64,000 nucleotides of DNA from Hypanus sabinus (Eukaryota), in the NCBI RefSeq assembly GCF_030144855.1, contig NC_082739.1, positions 16,182,001 through 16,246,000 on the forward strand, in the 5' to 3' direction. Each line of letters starts with the position of its first letter. Positions within the stretch are counted from its first letter, which is position 1. A program made the translations under genes and the position numbers. Positions 12,325 to 25,000 of the stretch are shown here, piece by piece. The notes below the pieces were generated by a model. The model did no database searches and was not told the origin of the DNA. It saw only the letters and a list, made by a program, of their open reading frames with translations.

Positions 12325-12402
12325 GGTCCACACCTGATTGTTAACCAACCAAATGAGCTGCTGGATGGCATGTCAGAATGGTGTGCACAACACCATGGAA
12401 AG
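12325..12402 (+). CDS. REXO2: REXO2 exon 3
   Basis: AG|GPHLIVNQPNELLDGMSEWCAQHHGK|GTACGG, 78 nt. Confidence 0.97.
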
Positions 12403-12539
12403 GTACGGTATTAGTTACTAATGTGTTTATGTTGGCAGTTCTGCATAGTTAATAGTTAAATGTGGTCTGCATTTAACATCCAGCCCTAGTTGCAAAAATT
12501 ATTCTACTGTTTTGGTTCATCAAGTACTATTAATGGTTA

Positions 12540-13690
12540 ATTATTTTTTATATATTTTTAAATTAAATTTTTAAGATAATTACATAGAATGAAAAGTATA
12601 ATAGAATAGTAGAGTATAATATCAGCCCTCCCCCCTTAACCTTTCCCCCCTTAACCTTTCCCCCCTTAACCTTTCCCCCCTTAACCTTTCCCCCCTTAAC
12701 CTTTCCCCCCTTAACCTTTCCCCCCTTAACCTTTCCCCCCTTAACCTTTCCCCCCTTAACCTTTCCCCCCTTAACCTTTCCCCCCTTAACCTTTCCCCCC
12801 TTAACCTTTCCCCCCTTAACCTTTCCCCCCTTAACCTTTCCCCCCTTAACCTTTCCCCCCTTAACCTTTCCCCCCTTAACCTTTCCCCCCTTAACCTTTC
12901 CCCCCTTAACCTTTCCCCCCTTAACCTTTCCCCCCTTAACCTTTCCCCCCTTAACCTTTCCCCCCTTAACCTTTCCCCCCTTAACCTTTCCCCCCTTAAC
13001 CTTTCCCCCCTTAACCTTTCCCCCCTTAACCTTTCCCCCCTTAACCTTTCCCCCCTTAACCTTTCCCCCCTTAACCTTTCCCCCCTTAACCTTTCCCCCC
13101 TTAACCTTTCCCCCCTTAACCTTTCCCCCCTTAACCTTTCCCCCCTTAACCTTTCCCCCCTTAACCTTTCCCCCCTTAACCTTTCCCCCCTTAACCTTTC
13201 CCCCCTTAACATCCCCATCCGAAAGAAAAAGAAGGAAAAAAAGATTGCCTGGATATCGGAAGATCCCCACGTGCTCCATGGAATTGAAAATAACTTTAAT
13301 ATATATATTTATTTCTTTCCCCAAATGGCTAATAACTTTATCGTCAAAGGGCCTATAATCATATTCACTTAAATTATATGTAATTTTTTCAAGTAATTTT
13401 TTCAGCTAAAAAATTCATTATTCCAACAGTCCATAGTTAAGTATGAATCTGATTTCCAAGTAACTGCAATAGCCTTTTTGGCAACTGCCAATGCAATTTT
13501 TATAAATTTTTTCCTGATATTTGTTCAATTTAAGTTTTGGTTTTATCCCTTCAATATCACCTAGTAAAAATAATATTGAATGCAAGGCAAATTTTGGTTA
13601 ATTATGGTTAATTATTAAACTTAAAAAGTAATTGATTGAAATCCTTTTTCTGAAAAAACAAGTTCACCTTTGTACCTTAAATTTAAACTG
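12540..13690 (-). mobile_element. L1/Tx1-clade LINE 3' end
   Basis: Minus-strand translation ILFLLGDIEG…FIKIALAVAKKAIAVTWKSDSYLTMDCWNNE…LEK(I)TYNL, typical of fish L1 ORF2 C-termini; followed by G-rich UTR and A-rich tail. Confidence 0.7.
12630..13210. repeat. Perfect minisatellite (CCCCCCTTAACCTTT)38.7
   Basis: 15-bp unit; 38 identical full copies plus 11 nt. Confidence 0.99.
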
Positions 13691-14239
13691 TTGTTATCTC
13701 CTGAAGGATTTGTTGTAATGTCCTGTGTAATATCTTTTGGATTTCAACTTTGTTCTGCAACTTAGATTGGAGTCAATATATAAGTGCTTTTGATAAATGG
13801 TATGGTTAGTTGTATACATACTGTGGTTGTCTGAATGCTTTGTGGGACAATGGAAATTGATGAATTTGACCTTGCAATAGAAATCCAAATGTTCAAACCT
13901 AATATCACTTTTCCAATACAGTGTACACAAAATAAGAGCAGGAGTAGGTTACTCAAGCCTGCTGTGCTATCCAGTATAATCATGGCTGATCTATGCTGGT
14001 TTCAACTCCTCTTCTGTGCCAGTTCCCCATAACTCTTAAAACATCTTCAATTTTTCAAATATTACCTTCACCTAGTAGATCTGTTGATTTGTTGTCCATC
14101 TTCTGGGTGTGGGGGAAAAGACTCAAAAATATTATTGTGATTCAGTACATTTACAGAATTAAAACTTTAGGCGCCTAAAGTTTTAAATACTGTAACTAAT
14201 TTCAGTTGTGTCCCCTTTTTTTTTTGGACTCTCCCACTA

Positions 14240-14625
14240 TTTAAAGTATCCCAATGTGTATTTTATCAAGCCCCCTTGGGATCTTTGAATGCTAATACTT
14301 GTATAAGGTTATCCCTCATACAAGGTGAAACTTCATTTTGCTAAACCCGGGAATACTGACTGAACAGTCTAGCATCTTTGATGGGACAGCCCTCTCATCC
14401 CAAGAATTAGCCTGGTGAATCTCTTTTGGGCTGCCTCCAATGTTATTATATCCTTTCAGCTAAGGGCACTAAAACTATACATAGAATTCCAGACGTAACC
14501 TCAAATGCCCTAAACAACTGTAATAAAGCTTTCCTAGTCTTGAGGAAAGTTCAATAGAGGCCAATATGCAGGTTGCCTGCTTAACTATTTGTTGGACCTG
14601 CCTTCTAATATTTTGTGACTTGATA
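14240..14625 (-). mobile_element. Old CR1 fragment
   Basis: Degenerate reverse complement of the CR1 3' ORF2 region (…CCTGGTGAATCTCTTTTGGGCTGCCTCCAATG…GGGCACTAAAACT). Confidence 0.55.
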
Positions 14626-15689
14626 CCATTTCTTTTGTTTCCATAACAAACTACCCATGTAAATGTTCTACATATGGAATCAGATTGAAGAACCCTTGCT
14701 GAGAAGGTCTAAATCTGGAAAATGTAACTTGGATGATTCCTATACATAAAACACGAAATAAACCATGAGGGAATGTAGACTTTTTAAGCCTGCATTGTTT
14801 TTTTTTAATGGATGTGATTCTGCAATTGTGACAAAATATAGTAAGATTCAGTAACTCAGTTAGGTTAGAAAGCTTTCATTCCTAAATGCTTTTGCTTTTG
14901 AATGGAGCCAATGGTCCATTGGATATTCAAATTCACATCATTCTGGCCACCGGTCTATTGTTAGATTGCATTTGCTCTTCTCGGAGACAATGTTTATTAT
15001 GGTCAAAGCCGGTATTGGTTCATTTTTGTTGCAAGTGCCTAGGTAGTTGAAAAACATGGTTTTGTTAGCCATCCATACATATCATTCCAAAAACAAAGTG
15101 CTTTGATGCATACAAAGGAAAAGCATGTAGAAGAAAGTCTTTCAGCTATAGCGTACAGTAATTGCAGGTAGACAATAAGGTACAAGGACCCAGGTGAGAT
15201 AAATCTGTGTGGTCTGGAGTTCATCTTCAGTATACAAGAAGTCCATTCAAGAGTCTTCTGACACTGTGATAGAAGCTGTCCTTAAGTTTTCTGGTGCATG
15301 TTTCAAGCTTTCCATCTTCTGCCTGATGGAAGAGAGGTTGGGAAAGGGCTTTGATTATGCTGGTTACTGAAGCAATGAGAAATGTAGACCAATTCTGTGG
15401 AGGGAACTGCTGTACATATTTTTATATTTGGTGATTAAGCATCTGAGCCTGGTCTCAAGTTGTCTTGGATCTCCACGTCATGGGACCAAGACCTTGCTGC
15501 CTAGACCAAGTGCTGGCTGATGTGCACTGGCTTTTTAATGATTTTTTTTTTATCGCTGATAGTCACCTTCCACAAGCAAGTCACATTAAGTTATCTTTAT
15601 TAACTGCACATACCTTGGAAGCAGTTGTGATTCTCAGCATAAGCATTGAGCTGATCAAGATCACCGTTCTGTAAGGTGCCCTGGAAGTA

Positions 15690-16200
15690 ACTCAAAAGCT
15701 TCTATAGATGTACTGTGGAGTGCATTCTGACAAGCTACATCACTGTCTGGTATGGGGGTGGGGGGGGGGGGGGCGTGCATGTGTAGGCTACTGCACAGAA
15801 GCTACTGAAAGTTGTAAAATCAGCTCCATCTTGGGTACTAGCTTCCCAAGACTACTTTAAATCTTCAAGGAGTGGTGCCTCAGAAAGGCATCATCCATTA
15901 ATAAGGACACCCCCTCCCCCCAATTTCCCAGGACATGCCCTCTTCTCACTGTTACCATCAGGAAGGAGATAACAGAAGCTTGAAGGCACACACTCAGCGG
16001 TTCAGGAACAGCTTCTTCCCCTCTGCCATCCGATTCCTAAGGGGACATTGAACCCATGAACACTACCTCATATATTTATATTTCTGATTTTGCACAATTT
16101 TAACGTATTCATTAAGTATCCATATATACTTAATTGATTTATTTTTCTTGCTATATCATGAATTGCATTGAACTACTGCTGCTAAGCTAACAAACTGATT
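15690..16200 (+). mobile_element. Rex1 LINE 3' fragment
   Basis: …AAGGCACACACTCAGCGGTTCAGGAACAGCTTCTTCCCCTCTGCCATC, with GATTCTGATTC tail. Confidence 0.75.
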
Positions 16201-16540
16201 CTGATTCAAGCTCTCTATCTTGAAGTGTGTAAGATGAAGAACAGATGGCATAAACTGCTGGACTTGTTTCATAGATAACTGGAAGCATTGACATTTTTAT
16301 CATTACTATTACAGGCAAATCTTGGCCTTTTGGCTGGTTTGTGGGGTGTGGTGTAAATAGAAATGAAGGTATCAATTTAAAAAATGCACTAATCTGACTT
16401 AAAATTTGCTACAGAACTATGAAGTTGCCTTAGTTGTAGGTGTGATTTGTAACAGTGTGAATAATTATGACCTCTGCCAAGAATTTGTGCTTTTGGCTTT
16501 GAAACAGTAAGTATACACTTTTTGTTTTTAAACATTACAG

Positions 16541-16652
16541 TCAGGTCTCACACAGGCAGTGCGGGATAGCAAAATCAGCCTGCAGCAAGCAGAATATGAA
16601 TTCCTTTCCTTTGTACGGCAGCATACACCTCCAGGCCTTTGTCCTCTTGCAG
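16541..16652 (+). CDS. REXO2: REXO2 exon 4
   Basis: AG|[37 protein letters not shown](G)|GTATGT, 112 nt. Confidence 0.97.
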
Positions 16653-17080
16653 GTATGTTTCATTAATTAAAGTATTCTCTGACTTGCATGAATTTTCTCA
16701 TTCTGCCAGTGCCCTATACTTAATTCATTTAAAGTAACTTTGTTATATGTGAACTGAAGCCATAAGGGACAAAGAATCACCTAGTTGTAAAATAAATACT
16801 TTGCAATAGCTTTTTGCAGTAGGTATATAGTCTACTCAAAATGGTTGTGACACGAGTAATTATAAAATGATTGAATGTGAGTGGAAGATATGTTTTTTTA
16901 AATGCTGACCTTCCTTGCTTAAAGAATGTAAATGATAAAATACTTCTTAAGTTAACACATTAGACCTTCAAAAGAATTGCCAGGGCATGTTGACATATGA
17001 TAAATGTACTTGTATGAGTTCATATCTTTCAAGGGATGAAATGTAATCTTGTGCAAAATTCATTGTCTCTGGATTTCTAG

Positions 17081-17189
17081 GAAATTCAGTCCATGCTGAT
17101 AAGAAGTTTCTCGATAAGTATATGCCACAGTTCATGAGACACTTGCATTACAGAATAATAGATGTTAGCACCATCAAGGAACTGTGCAG
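17081..17189 (+). CDS. REXO2: REXO2 exon 5 (ExoII)
   Basis: AG|(G)[35 protein letters not shown](R)|GTAAAT, 109 nt. Confidence 0.97.
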
Positions 17190-18077
17190 GTAAATGTTTA
17201 ATAATGTAACAAAGCCCAATATTATCAATTGACGAGCTATTTGTACATGTTATGCCCTTGAAGTAGGGTACACCCTAACATTCGACTGTTGTATGAGTTA
17301 TTATCATTGAATCATCACTGCCCTGTTGTGTTGTTCAAATGTAGCACACAAGTTACTAAGAACATTCGAGTTGCAGCTAGAATAGACAGTTACCAATGGA
17401 ACATTTGTAAACACACTTTGTGACACATGACAAATGGATGTTTCTTCTATGGGAGCAGACTTTTTGGCCCCTTGAGCCTATTCCTCTTCAATAGGCCAAA
17501 AAGCTTGTATACCTTAGTTCCATCTACCTGCCTTGCTACATTCATGTGATCTAGTGAAATATTTATTTTTGTAAGAGGTCCACTCTTCTACAACATATTC
17601 TAAACAGTCCTAGAGTTCATGCACCAACCAAGTTTTGTGCCATTGGTAAATTTGAACATGTACCAATTGTAACCCATCACTAATTTTAATAGAGATTTAA
17701 GGCCCAAGCTCCTCGTGTTGGAGCATGAATTGTTGCCTGTCTTTCATTTAGTAAGTGTGCCTTTGAGCCAGGTCTATATTTTATCTTCCCTTAATGCTTT
17801 AACTATTGTTAATTACAGCTAAAATCTTTTAGATGTTATGGGATCAGAATCTGAAAGACTGTACTAATTAGTCTTGATTACTCCTCCATCTGGAACTTTG
17901 GTTACTTCCTCAAAATTCAATTTAGTTTAACACAGCCTGTCTTTAATCTATTGTATGTTGGCTTTTCAATGAGCTTGAGCTGCTCTAAATGGTCAGTAAA
18001 CTTTTGTATTAGATGTTTAATTAACCAGTCTAATTTCCTCATTTCTTCAAATTACAAAAATTGTGTAATTTCCCATC

Positions 18078-18727
18078 TGTATCCAGAGTCGTGCCTGTCA
18101 CGTGACAGCACTGCCCTCACCTGGTCGGAAGTCACACCACATGCCAGTCAACATTTCGCCCCTCCCAACTAATCAATGCACACTTAACCATTGGCCACCT
18201 TAATTGGATTAACATGTCTAGCACCAAGCCGTTGGCCCCCCCTGGTGAATCACCTGGGCTGGACCCTCCAGCCCCCTGATCTATAAAGGGTGCTCCATGT
18301 GCTTGGCTTGCTCTCTTTTGCCATCCTCGAGGGACCACCCTGCTTCACTCCAGGCTGAAGACTGCAGAACAACTCTGGAGACGTGGTGAGCCGTGCATTG
18401 AATAGGGTTGTGGGAGCGTTTATTGTTGTCCCTTAGCAAAGAGCCGTGCCTGACCATAGTCAAAGGGTGGCAGGTATCGTAGATACTTTTCCCTTGCTTG
18501 TATGTGTACCGGTACTCTGTCCCCACATCGTTTTCCAGTGTATTGTACTGCCGACCTGACTTTTACCATGCTCGCCTATTCTAAGCGCGTTTGTGCGAAT
18601 ATTGTAGCCGCTTGTGTTGTTCCCAAGCTTTTTCTCCCCTTGTAAATAAACTCCTTATTATTAAAACTGTGTGTCCAGAGCTCTTGCCTTTGAGACCCAA
18701 AGAATCTGTCTCATTTCCATCACAACA
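18078..18727 (+). mobile_element. Solo LTR, 650 bp, in REXO2 intron 5, sense orientation
   Basis: TG...CA termini, perfect 5-bp TSD CCATC (18073-77, 18728-32), TATAAA 18282-87, AATAAA 18645-50. Confidence 0.9.
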
Positions 18728-18915
18728 CCATCTACATAAGTGTAGTTTTGGTCAGGACTTCTGTATTTCCTGCTATTAGTATCTTTTTGACATTAAAATT
18801 CTCTATTTCTAGCATTATTCAATAATAGCTTTTCTCTTTTTAAGAACATTTTTTCTGTTTAATTAATTTTGCTTGCTTTTGAGGTAAAACTGAGTTGTGT
18901 TTTTCTTGTAATTAG

Positions 18916-18969
18916 ACGTTGGTACCCAGACAAATATGAAGATGCACCAAAGAAGAAAGCCTCACATAG
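18916..18969 (+). CDS. REXO2: REXO2 exon 6
   Basis: AG|RWYPDKYEDAPKKKASH(R)|GTGAGT, 54 nt. Confidence 0.97.
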
Positions 18970-19379
18970 GTGAGTAATGCCTGTTTTGTAATCTGGAGGA
19001 ATAATTAACTGGGGCAAACTTATTAGTGAATGTTGCCTTTTTAACCAGTTCAGATGAAACCAAAACACCTTTGGACTATTTGAATAAGCCTTGATTTATT
19101 TCTCTCCACTGTGGGCCCCCCCCCCCTTTTTTTAACTGTATGCAGGTCGGAGTTTGGGAAAGCCCATCCTACTATTCGAATACACTTATTTTAGAATAAA
19201 TCTTGGTGTACTTGTAATATCCTATAGTGCTTTCTTTTGCAGAAAGGCAGGTGAGTCATATGAAAATGTATTTTGGGGGTATTAAGTATTGAAGAGTTGA
19301 AATCAAGATTAACAATGCTAGACTGTGTACAGGAATGATTTTAAATGAATGGAGCAATAGAAGGATGGAAAATAATACC

Positions 19380-20000
19380 AGCCTTTAACTATAGCTTTGT
19401 AACATTAATGTCAAAATGCTAAATGTAGTTTTTGAAAAGCCAAAGTTGAAAGTAACAGTTTGGCGCAATTACCCTGGGTCTTGATTTAGTCTGACTACAC
19501 TGGAAGTGTTGTGAGCTGTTTTGGGCCCTTTATCTAAGAAAAGGTGTATTGGAGAGGATCCAGAGGGGGTTCATGAGAATGATCCCAGGAATGAAAGGGT
19601 TAGCATTCGAGCGTTTGATAGCTCTGGGCCTGTACTCACTGGAGTTTAAAGGATGAGAGAGGATCTCATTGAAACCTTTTGAAAGGTCTAGGCAGTGGAT
19701 GTGGAGAGTGTGGTTAGTGGGGTAGTCAAGGACCAGAGGCAAATCTCAATTGAGGGATGTCCATTTAGAACAGAGATGAGGAAAAATTTCTTTAGCCAGA
19801 GGGTAGTGAATCTGAGGAATTCATTGCCACAAGCAGCTGTGCAGGCCAGTTCATTAGTATATTTAAGCTGGAGGTTGATGGGTTCTTGATTGATGAAGGG
19901 AAGGCAGGAGAATGGGGTTTGAGATGGATGATAAATCAGCCACGATAGAATGGCAGAGTAGAATTAGCACATTGAGCTTGCTTCTATGTCTTATGATTGT
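19380..20000 (+). mobile_element. CR1 3' fragment
   Basis: ORF 19695 IEGCPFRTEMRKNFFSQRVVNLRNSLP; CTATGTCTTATG tail. Confidence 0.8.
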
Positions 20001-20099
20001 TTGGGATTGTGGCTTGAAAGATTGTACTTTACCTTCAAGAAAACTCACCTAAAATGTGCTATTTTACTGCATGAACTAATACTGATTTAATCTGTTTAG

Positions 20100-20253
20100 A
20101 GCTTTGGATGACATCCATGAGAGCATCAAAGAGCTGCAATTTTATAGGAAGCATATATTCAAAGAAGGCAAAGCAGAAGAGAAAAAAAGAAAAATGCACC
20201 AAGAAAATGGCGACAGTAGCAAGCAAGATAGCCAGATCCAAGCCTCTGATTAA
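20100..20253 (+). CDS. REXO2: REXO2 exon 7 (ExoIII, stop)
   Basis: AG|[50 protein letters not shown]; exon phases give an 846-nt CDS. Confidence 0.96.
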
Positions 20254-21154
20254 CATGCTGAAAAAGCTCTTCAAACAATTCTTAAATGGCCATTTGCACA
20301 ATTCTTGCTCTGACTCTGGGCACTTCAATATGCAATATTGTTTGTGACAATTAAAAGCATTGTCCAAAATATCTTCCATGTTGTTTTTTTTTTGAGCAAT
20401 TGCAATGAAACGTTAGCGAGTTGACATCGTTTTAACTGGAACCCTTTTGCAAGTTAAATTCGCAGGAGCATTAATTTGGAATGCTGCTTGAACTTTGAAC
20501 ATTGCATCTGATATTATCTTGTCTCTTTCTGGTAGAGAAGTGCTTTAAACCCAACTGCACGTAATAATGCATGCTCAGTGACTTATTAGTGTTTTGGCTG
20601 ATCTTGAGCTGATTTTTTTGTAAATCGTGTTCAAATGTTTGGACTATAGATAAGAAGTTCTGATTACTGAGGCCTTTTACATTGTCTATTCACACAGTCT
20701 CAACTTTGATATGCCATGTAACTTAGCAGTTAAATATGAACCATTTTTATTCAAAATTAAATTCCAGCCTGTTACAGCAAATGTATGTAACATTGATGAA
20801 GTAACAATATACAAAAGAGAAACTTCAAGTATAAATTGCAAGGATTTTCCATATGAGAAGTAACCTACTGAATGTTAGAAACTAACCATGTATGGGCATA
20901 ACCTTTTGTATGAAGAAAAACAGGATAGTTTAGGGGCTATTTTAAAAGATTTGGAGGTGGATTGAAAAATATGCATCTGTAAGAACAAGACCCTAAAATA
21001 GCTTGTCTGTTTTTCCCTGTAACCACTCTTGACCTAGAAACTGCACAGTACAGAGTCTTCACAATTCAGTGTCAATTACTTGACAAGCAATTACACCAGT
21101 TCAAATGTTTGAAATGATTTTAAACAATTATTTAGGTGCTTAGGTGAAGCCAAT

Positions 21155-21831
21155 AATAAAAATAGTAGATCTGAGGCTGTACGGATGAAGGATTTTTGCC
21201 AGTGTGCCTCTAGCTCCAGGAGTGGTGCCAGTGGGGAAAAATGGACAAACAACTTTAGCTATTTTGCTTTCATATTTAATCCTGGTGTGTATGGACATGT
21301 TCTTAAAAGAATTGCAGATATTGAAATTGACTTGAAGTCAGGAAGCTTCAAGATGGAAAGAGCAAAGTAACCAGACTGGATAAGTCTGGTGGTGACTTTC
21401 CACCAGACTGGATAAATTTAAAAGTCACAAGTTGTAGAATTATGCAACTTGTGCAATTTCTAACTGCCTTAGAAAGTAATACTCCATCCATGGATGCTGT
21501 CTGACCAGTGTACAATAAAACTGATTTTCCACTTACCAAATTACTGCTATGCCAGAATAATAGGAATCTGATTTTCCTTGGTCCTTTTCCAGTCACTGGG
21601 TTCACTGCAAATATTTCAATACATAGCTTTTATATATTAAAACAGTGTTAAGGTATTAATAAGGAAAAAAAAATAGAGAATCTCCTGGTCCATCGTCACA
21701 AGTCCCAAGGTTCATTCTGTTTGTTAATTTCTGGATGGATTGTAAGTTTTTCTTTTTGAGGCTTAAAAGGGAATTAATTGAGCAACTGCAAACTGCAGTT
21801 TTAACTCTGTTTAGCTTTTTTTTGTAATAAA
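21155..21831 (+). terminator. Candidate REXO2 polyadenylation signals
   Basis: AATAAA at 21155-60, 21514-19 and 21826-31 in unique sequence downstream of the stop. Confidence 0.5.
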
Positions 21832-22029
21832 CTTAGTTACAAATATTTTAAAGGGCCTATTTGACTGCAATAATCCATTGGATGATCAGCTATCGAGGTA
21901 ACCCCTCAACTGCCATGTTCAAATACTACTACAATTATGTGGTCAATGAGGAATAGATGGTCGTTCATTGGTGATGTAGTGTGACATTTAAAAAGACCTG
22001 GTGCTTTCAGCAGGCTGCAATCAGCATGA

Positions 22030-25000
22030 GTTCAATAAAAAGGTGTAAGTGGAGCAGCCATTGTTGGAGTAGGCTGGTGTTAGAGAGGTCAGACTTGAGG
22101 CAAGCATAGGCAAAAGTTCTAAATAAGTTTCCAGTAGTATTTTTTTCTGTCAGTACAGACCTAGTCCACTGAAAATGGGTTTGGAGGGTGTGATATGTTC
22201 TTTGTGTGCGATGTGGGAACGCTGGAAGACTCCCTGATAATTACATCTTCATGAAGTGCACTGAGCTGCAGCTCCTTAGAAACCATATTAAGGAACTGGA
22301 GCTGCAGCTGGATGAACATTGACTTGTATGGAAAAATGAGGAGATGATAGACAGTGAGATAGTTGTTCTTATGTTGCAGGAAATAGATACCTGGGTGACT
22401 GTCAGGTGAGGGAAAGAGAATGGGCAGCAAGTGCAGAGTACTCCTGTGGCCTTTCTCCTCAACATTAAGTATATAGCTTTGAATACTGTTGGGGGTACGA
22501 CCTACAAGGGGGAAACCACAGCAACCGAGTCTGCTCTCTGGCTCAGAAGGGAAGGGAGAGAAGAGTACAGTAGTGATAAGGAATTCCATAGAGGAGCAGA
22601 AAGCAGATTCTGTGGATGTGAAAGAGATAATTGGATGGTATATTGCCAGGGTCAAGGATGTCTGGAATTGGGTCCATGTCATTCTAAAGGGGGGAGGGTG
22701 AACAACTGGAAGTCATGCATATTGGTACCAATGCAATAATTAAGAAAAGGGAGAAGGTCCTGAAGAGGGAATATATGGAGTTAGATTGAATCTGAAACGC
22801 AGGGGCTCCAGGGTAGTAATCTCTGGATTGCTGCTTGTGCCACATGTCAGGAGGGTAAGGATAGGATGATATGGCAGATGAATGTATGGCTGAAGAATTA
22901 GTGCAGGGAGCAGGGTTTTAGATTTCTGGATCATTGGAATCTCTTCTAGGAAAGGTATGACCTCTACAAAAAGGACAGGTTACACCTGATCCTGTGGGAC
23001 CAATATCCTTGTGGGCAGGTTTGCTACAGCTGTTGGGGAGGGTTTAAAATAATTTGACTAGAGGATGGGAACTGGAGTGATAGGGCTAAGGTTGGGGTAG
23101 TTGGTGTACAAGCAGAGGCACTGTGTAGTGTGACTGTCGAGAAGAATAGGCAAATGAGATGGCAAAATTGTGGACTGGGATGAGATCAACTATAACAGGG
23201 GGCCAAAATCAGAAAGAGTGATGAATACAGGACTGATGACATATTTGAATGCACACAGTATACAGAATAATGTAGATAATCTTGTAGCACAGTTAGAAAT
23301 TGGTAGGTACAATGTTGTGGGCACCAGTGAGTTGTGGCTGAAAGAAGATCATAGTTTGGAGCTTAACGTCCAAGGTTACACATTGTATTGAAAGGACAGG
23401 CAGGTAGGCAGAGTGGGAGGAGTAGCTCTGTTGGTTAAAAATGAATTCAAATCCTTAGAGGTGCCAGGATCAGAAGATGTAGAATCCTTGTAGATAGAGT
23501 TAAGAAACTGCAAGAGTAAAAAATGCCCTGGTGGGAGTTATATATAGGCCTCTGAACCATAGCCAGGGTGTGGACTGCTAATTACAATGGGAGATAGAAA
23601 AGGGATGTAAAAAGGGTAATATTGTGATAATCATGGGGAATTTCAATATGCAGGTAATTAAAATCAGGTTGGTTCAAGATCCCAAGAGAGGGAATTTGTA
23701 CAGTGCCTATGAGGTGGCTTTCTAGAGCAGCTTGTGATTGACCTCATTAGAGGAATAGCAGTTCTGGATTGAGTGTTATGTAATAACTCAGATTTGATGA
23801 TGGAGCTTAAGGTAAGGGAGCCCTTTGGAGGCAGTGATCATAATGCAATAGAATTCACCCTGCAGTTTGAAAGTGAGAAGCTAAACTTGGATGCACCAGT
23901 ACTACAGTAGAGTAAAGGGAATTACAGAGGCATGAGAGAGAAATTGCCTAAAGTTGATTGGAAGGGGACACTAGCAGGAATAACAGCAGAACAGCAATGA
24001 CCTGGTGTTTCTGTGGGTCAATTCGGACGGCACAAGAAAGGTACACCCCAAAGGGATGAGGCAACCTTGGCTGACAAAGGAAATCAAAGACAGCAAAAGA
24101 GAGGTCATATAATACTGCAATAATTAATGGAAAGTTAGAGGATTGGGAAGCTTTCAAAAACCAACAGGCAACTAAAAAGCTAAAAACAGAAAATATTAAA
24201 TATTATGACAATGTAGCTGATAATATAAAAGAAGATACAAAAAGTTCTTCTTTCAGATATATATATATATAGAGAGAGAGAGTAAAAGAGAGACGAGAGT
24301 GGATATTGGACCACTGGAAAAATCATGCTGGAGAGTTAGTAATGGGAGAAAAAATGGCGGATGAACTTAAGTATTTTGTATCAGTCTTCACTGTGAAAGT
24401 CACTAATGGCTGAGATATGAGAATGTCAAGGAGAAGAAGTGTGTTGCTACTATTCCTAAGGAGAAGGTGCTTAGAAAGCTGGAAAGTCTGAAGGTAGCTA
24501 AGTCACCTGGACCAGTTGGATTACACTCCAGCATTCTGAAAGAGGTAGCTGAAGAGATTGTGGAGACGTTAGTAATAATCTTTCAAGAATCACTAGATTT
24601 TGGAATGGTTCCAGAGGACTGAACAATTGCAAATGTTACTCCACTCTTTAAGAAGGGTGTGAGGCAGAAGAGGGGAACTTATAGGGCAGTTAGCCTGACT
24701 TCAGTGTTTGGGATGAGGTTTAGGGTACTTGGAGGCACATGATAAAATATGCCAAAGTCAACATGGTTTTTTCAAGGGAAAATCTTGCCTGACAAATCTG
24801 TTGGACTTCTTTGAGGAAATTACAGACAGCATATACAAAGGAGAGTTAGTGGATGCTGTTTATTTGTATTTTCAGAAGACCTTTGACAAGGTGCCGCACA
24901 TGAGGCTACTTAAAGAGATGAGAGTCCTGGGTACTACAGGATAGTTACTAGCATAGTTAAAGCATGGACAAATGATTGGCTGACTAGCAGGAGAAAAACA

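Noticed and set aside
12630-13210. Interstitial telomere or CRISPR array
   Set aside because: Unit contains TTAAGGGGGG, not TTAGGG; there are no spacers; context is an L1 3' UTR in a vertebrate intron
12563-13324. 253-aa (GGKVK)n and 198-aa (LRGER)n ORFs
   Set aside because: Artefacts of a stop-free 15-bp tandem repeat; no synonymous variation between units
20059-20379. 106-aa minus ORF and 79-aa plus ORF at REXO2 exon 7
   Set aside because: Antisense and off-frame shadows of the real exon
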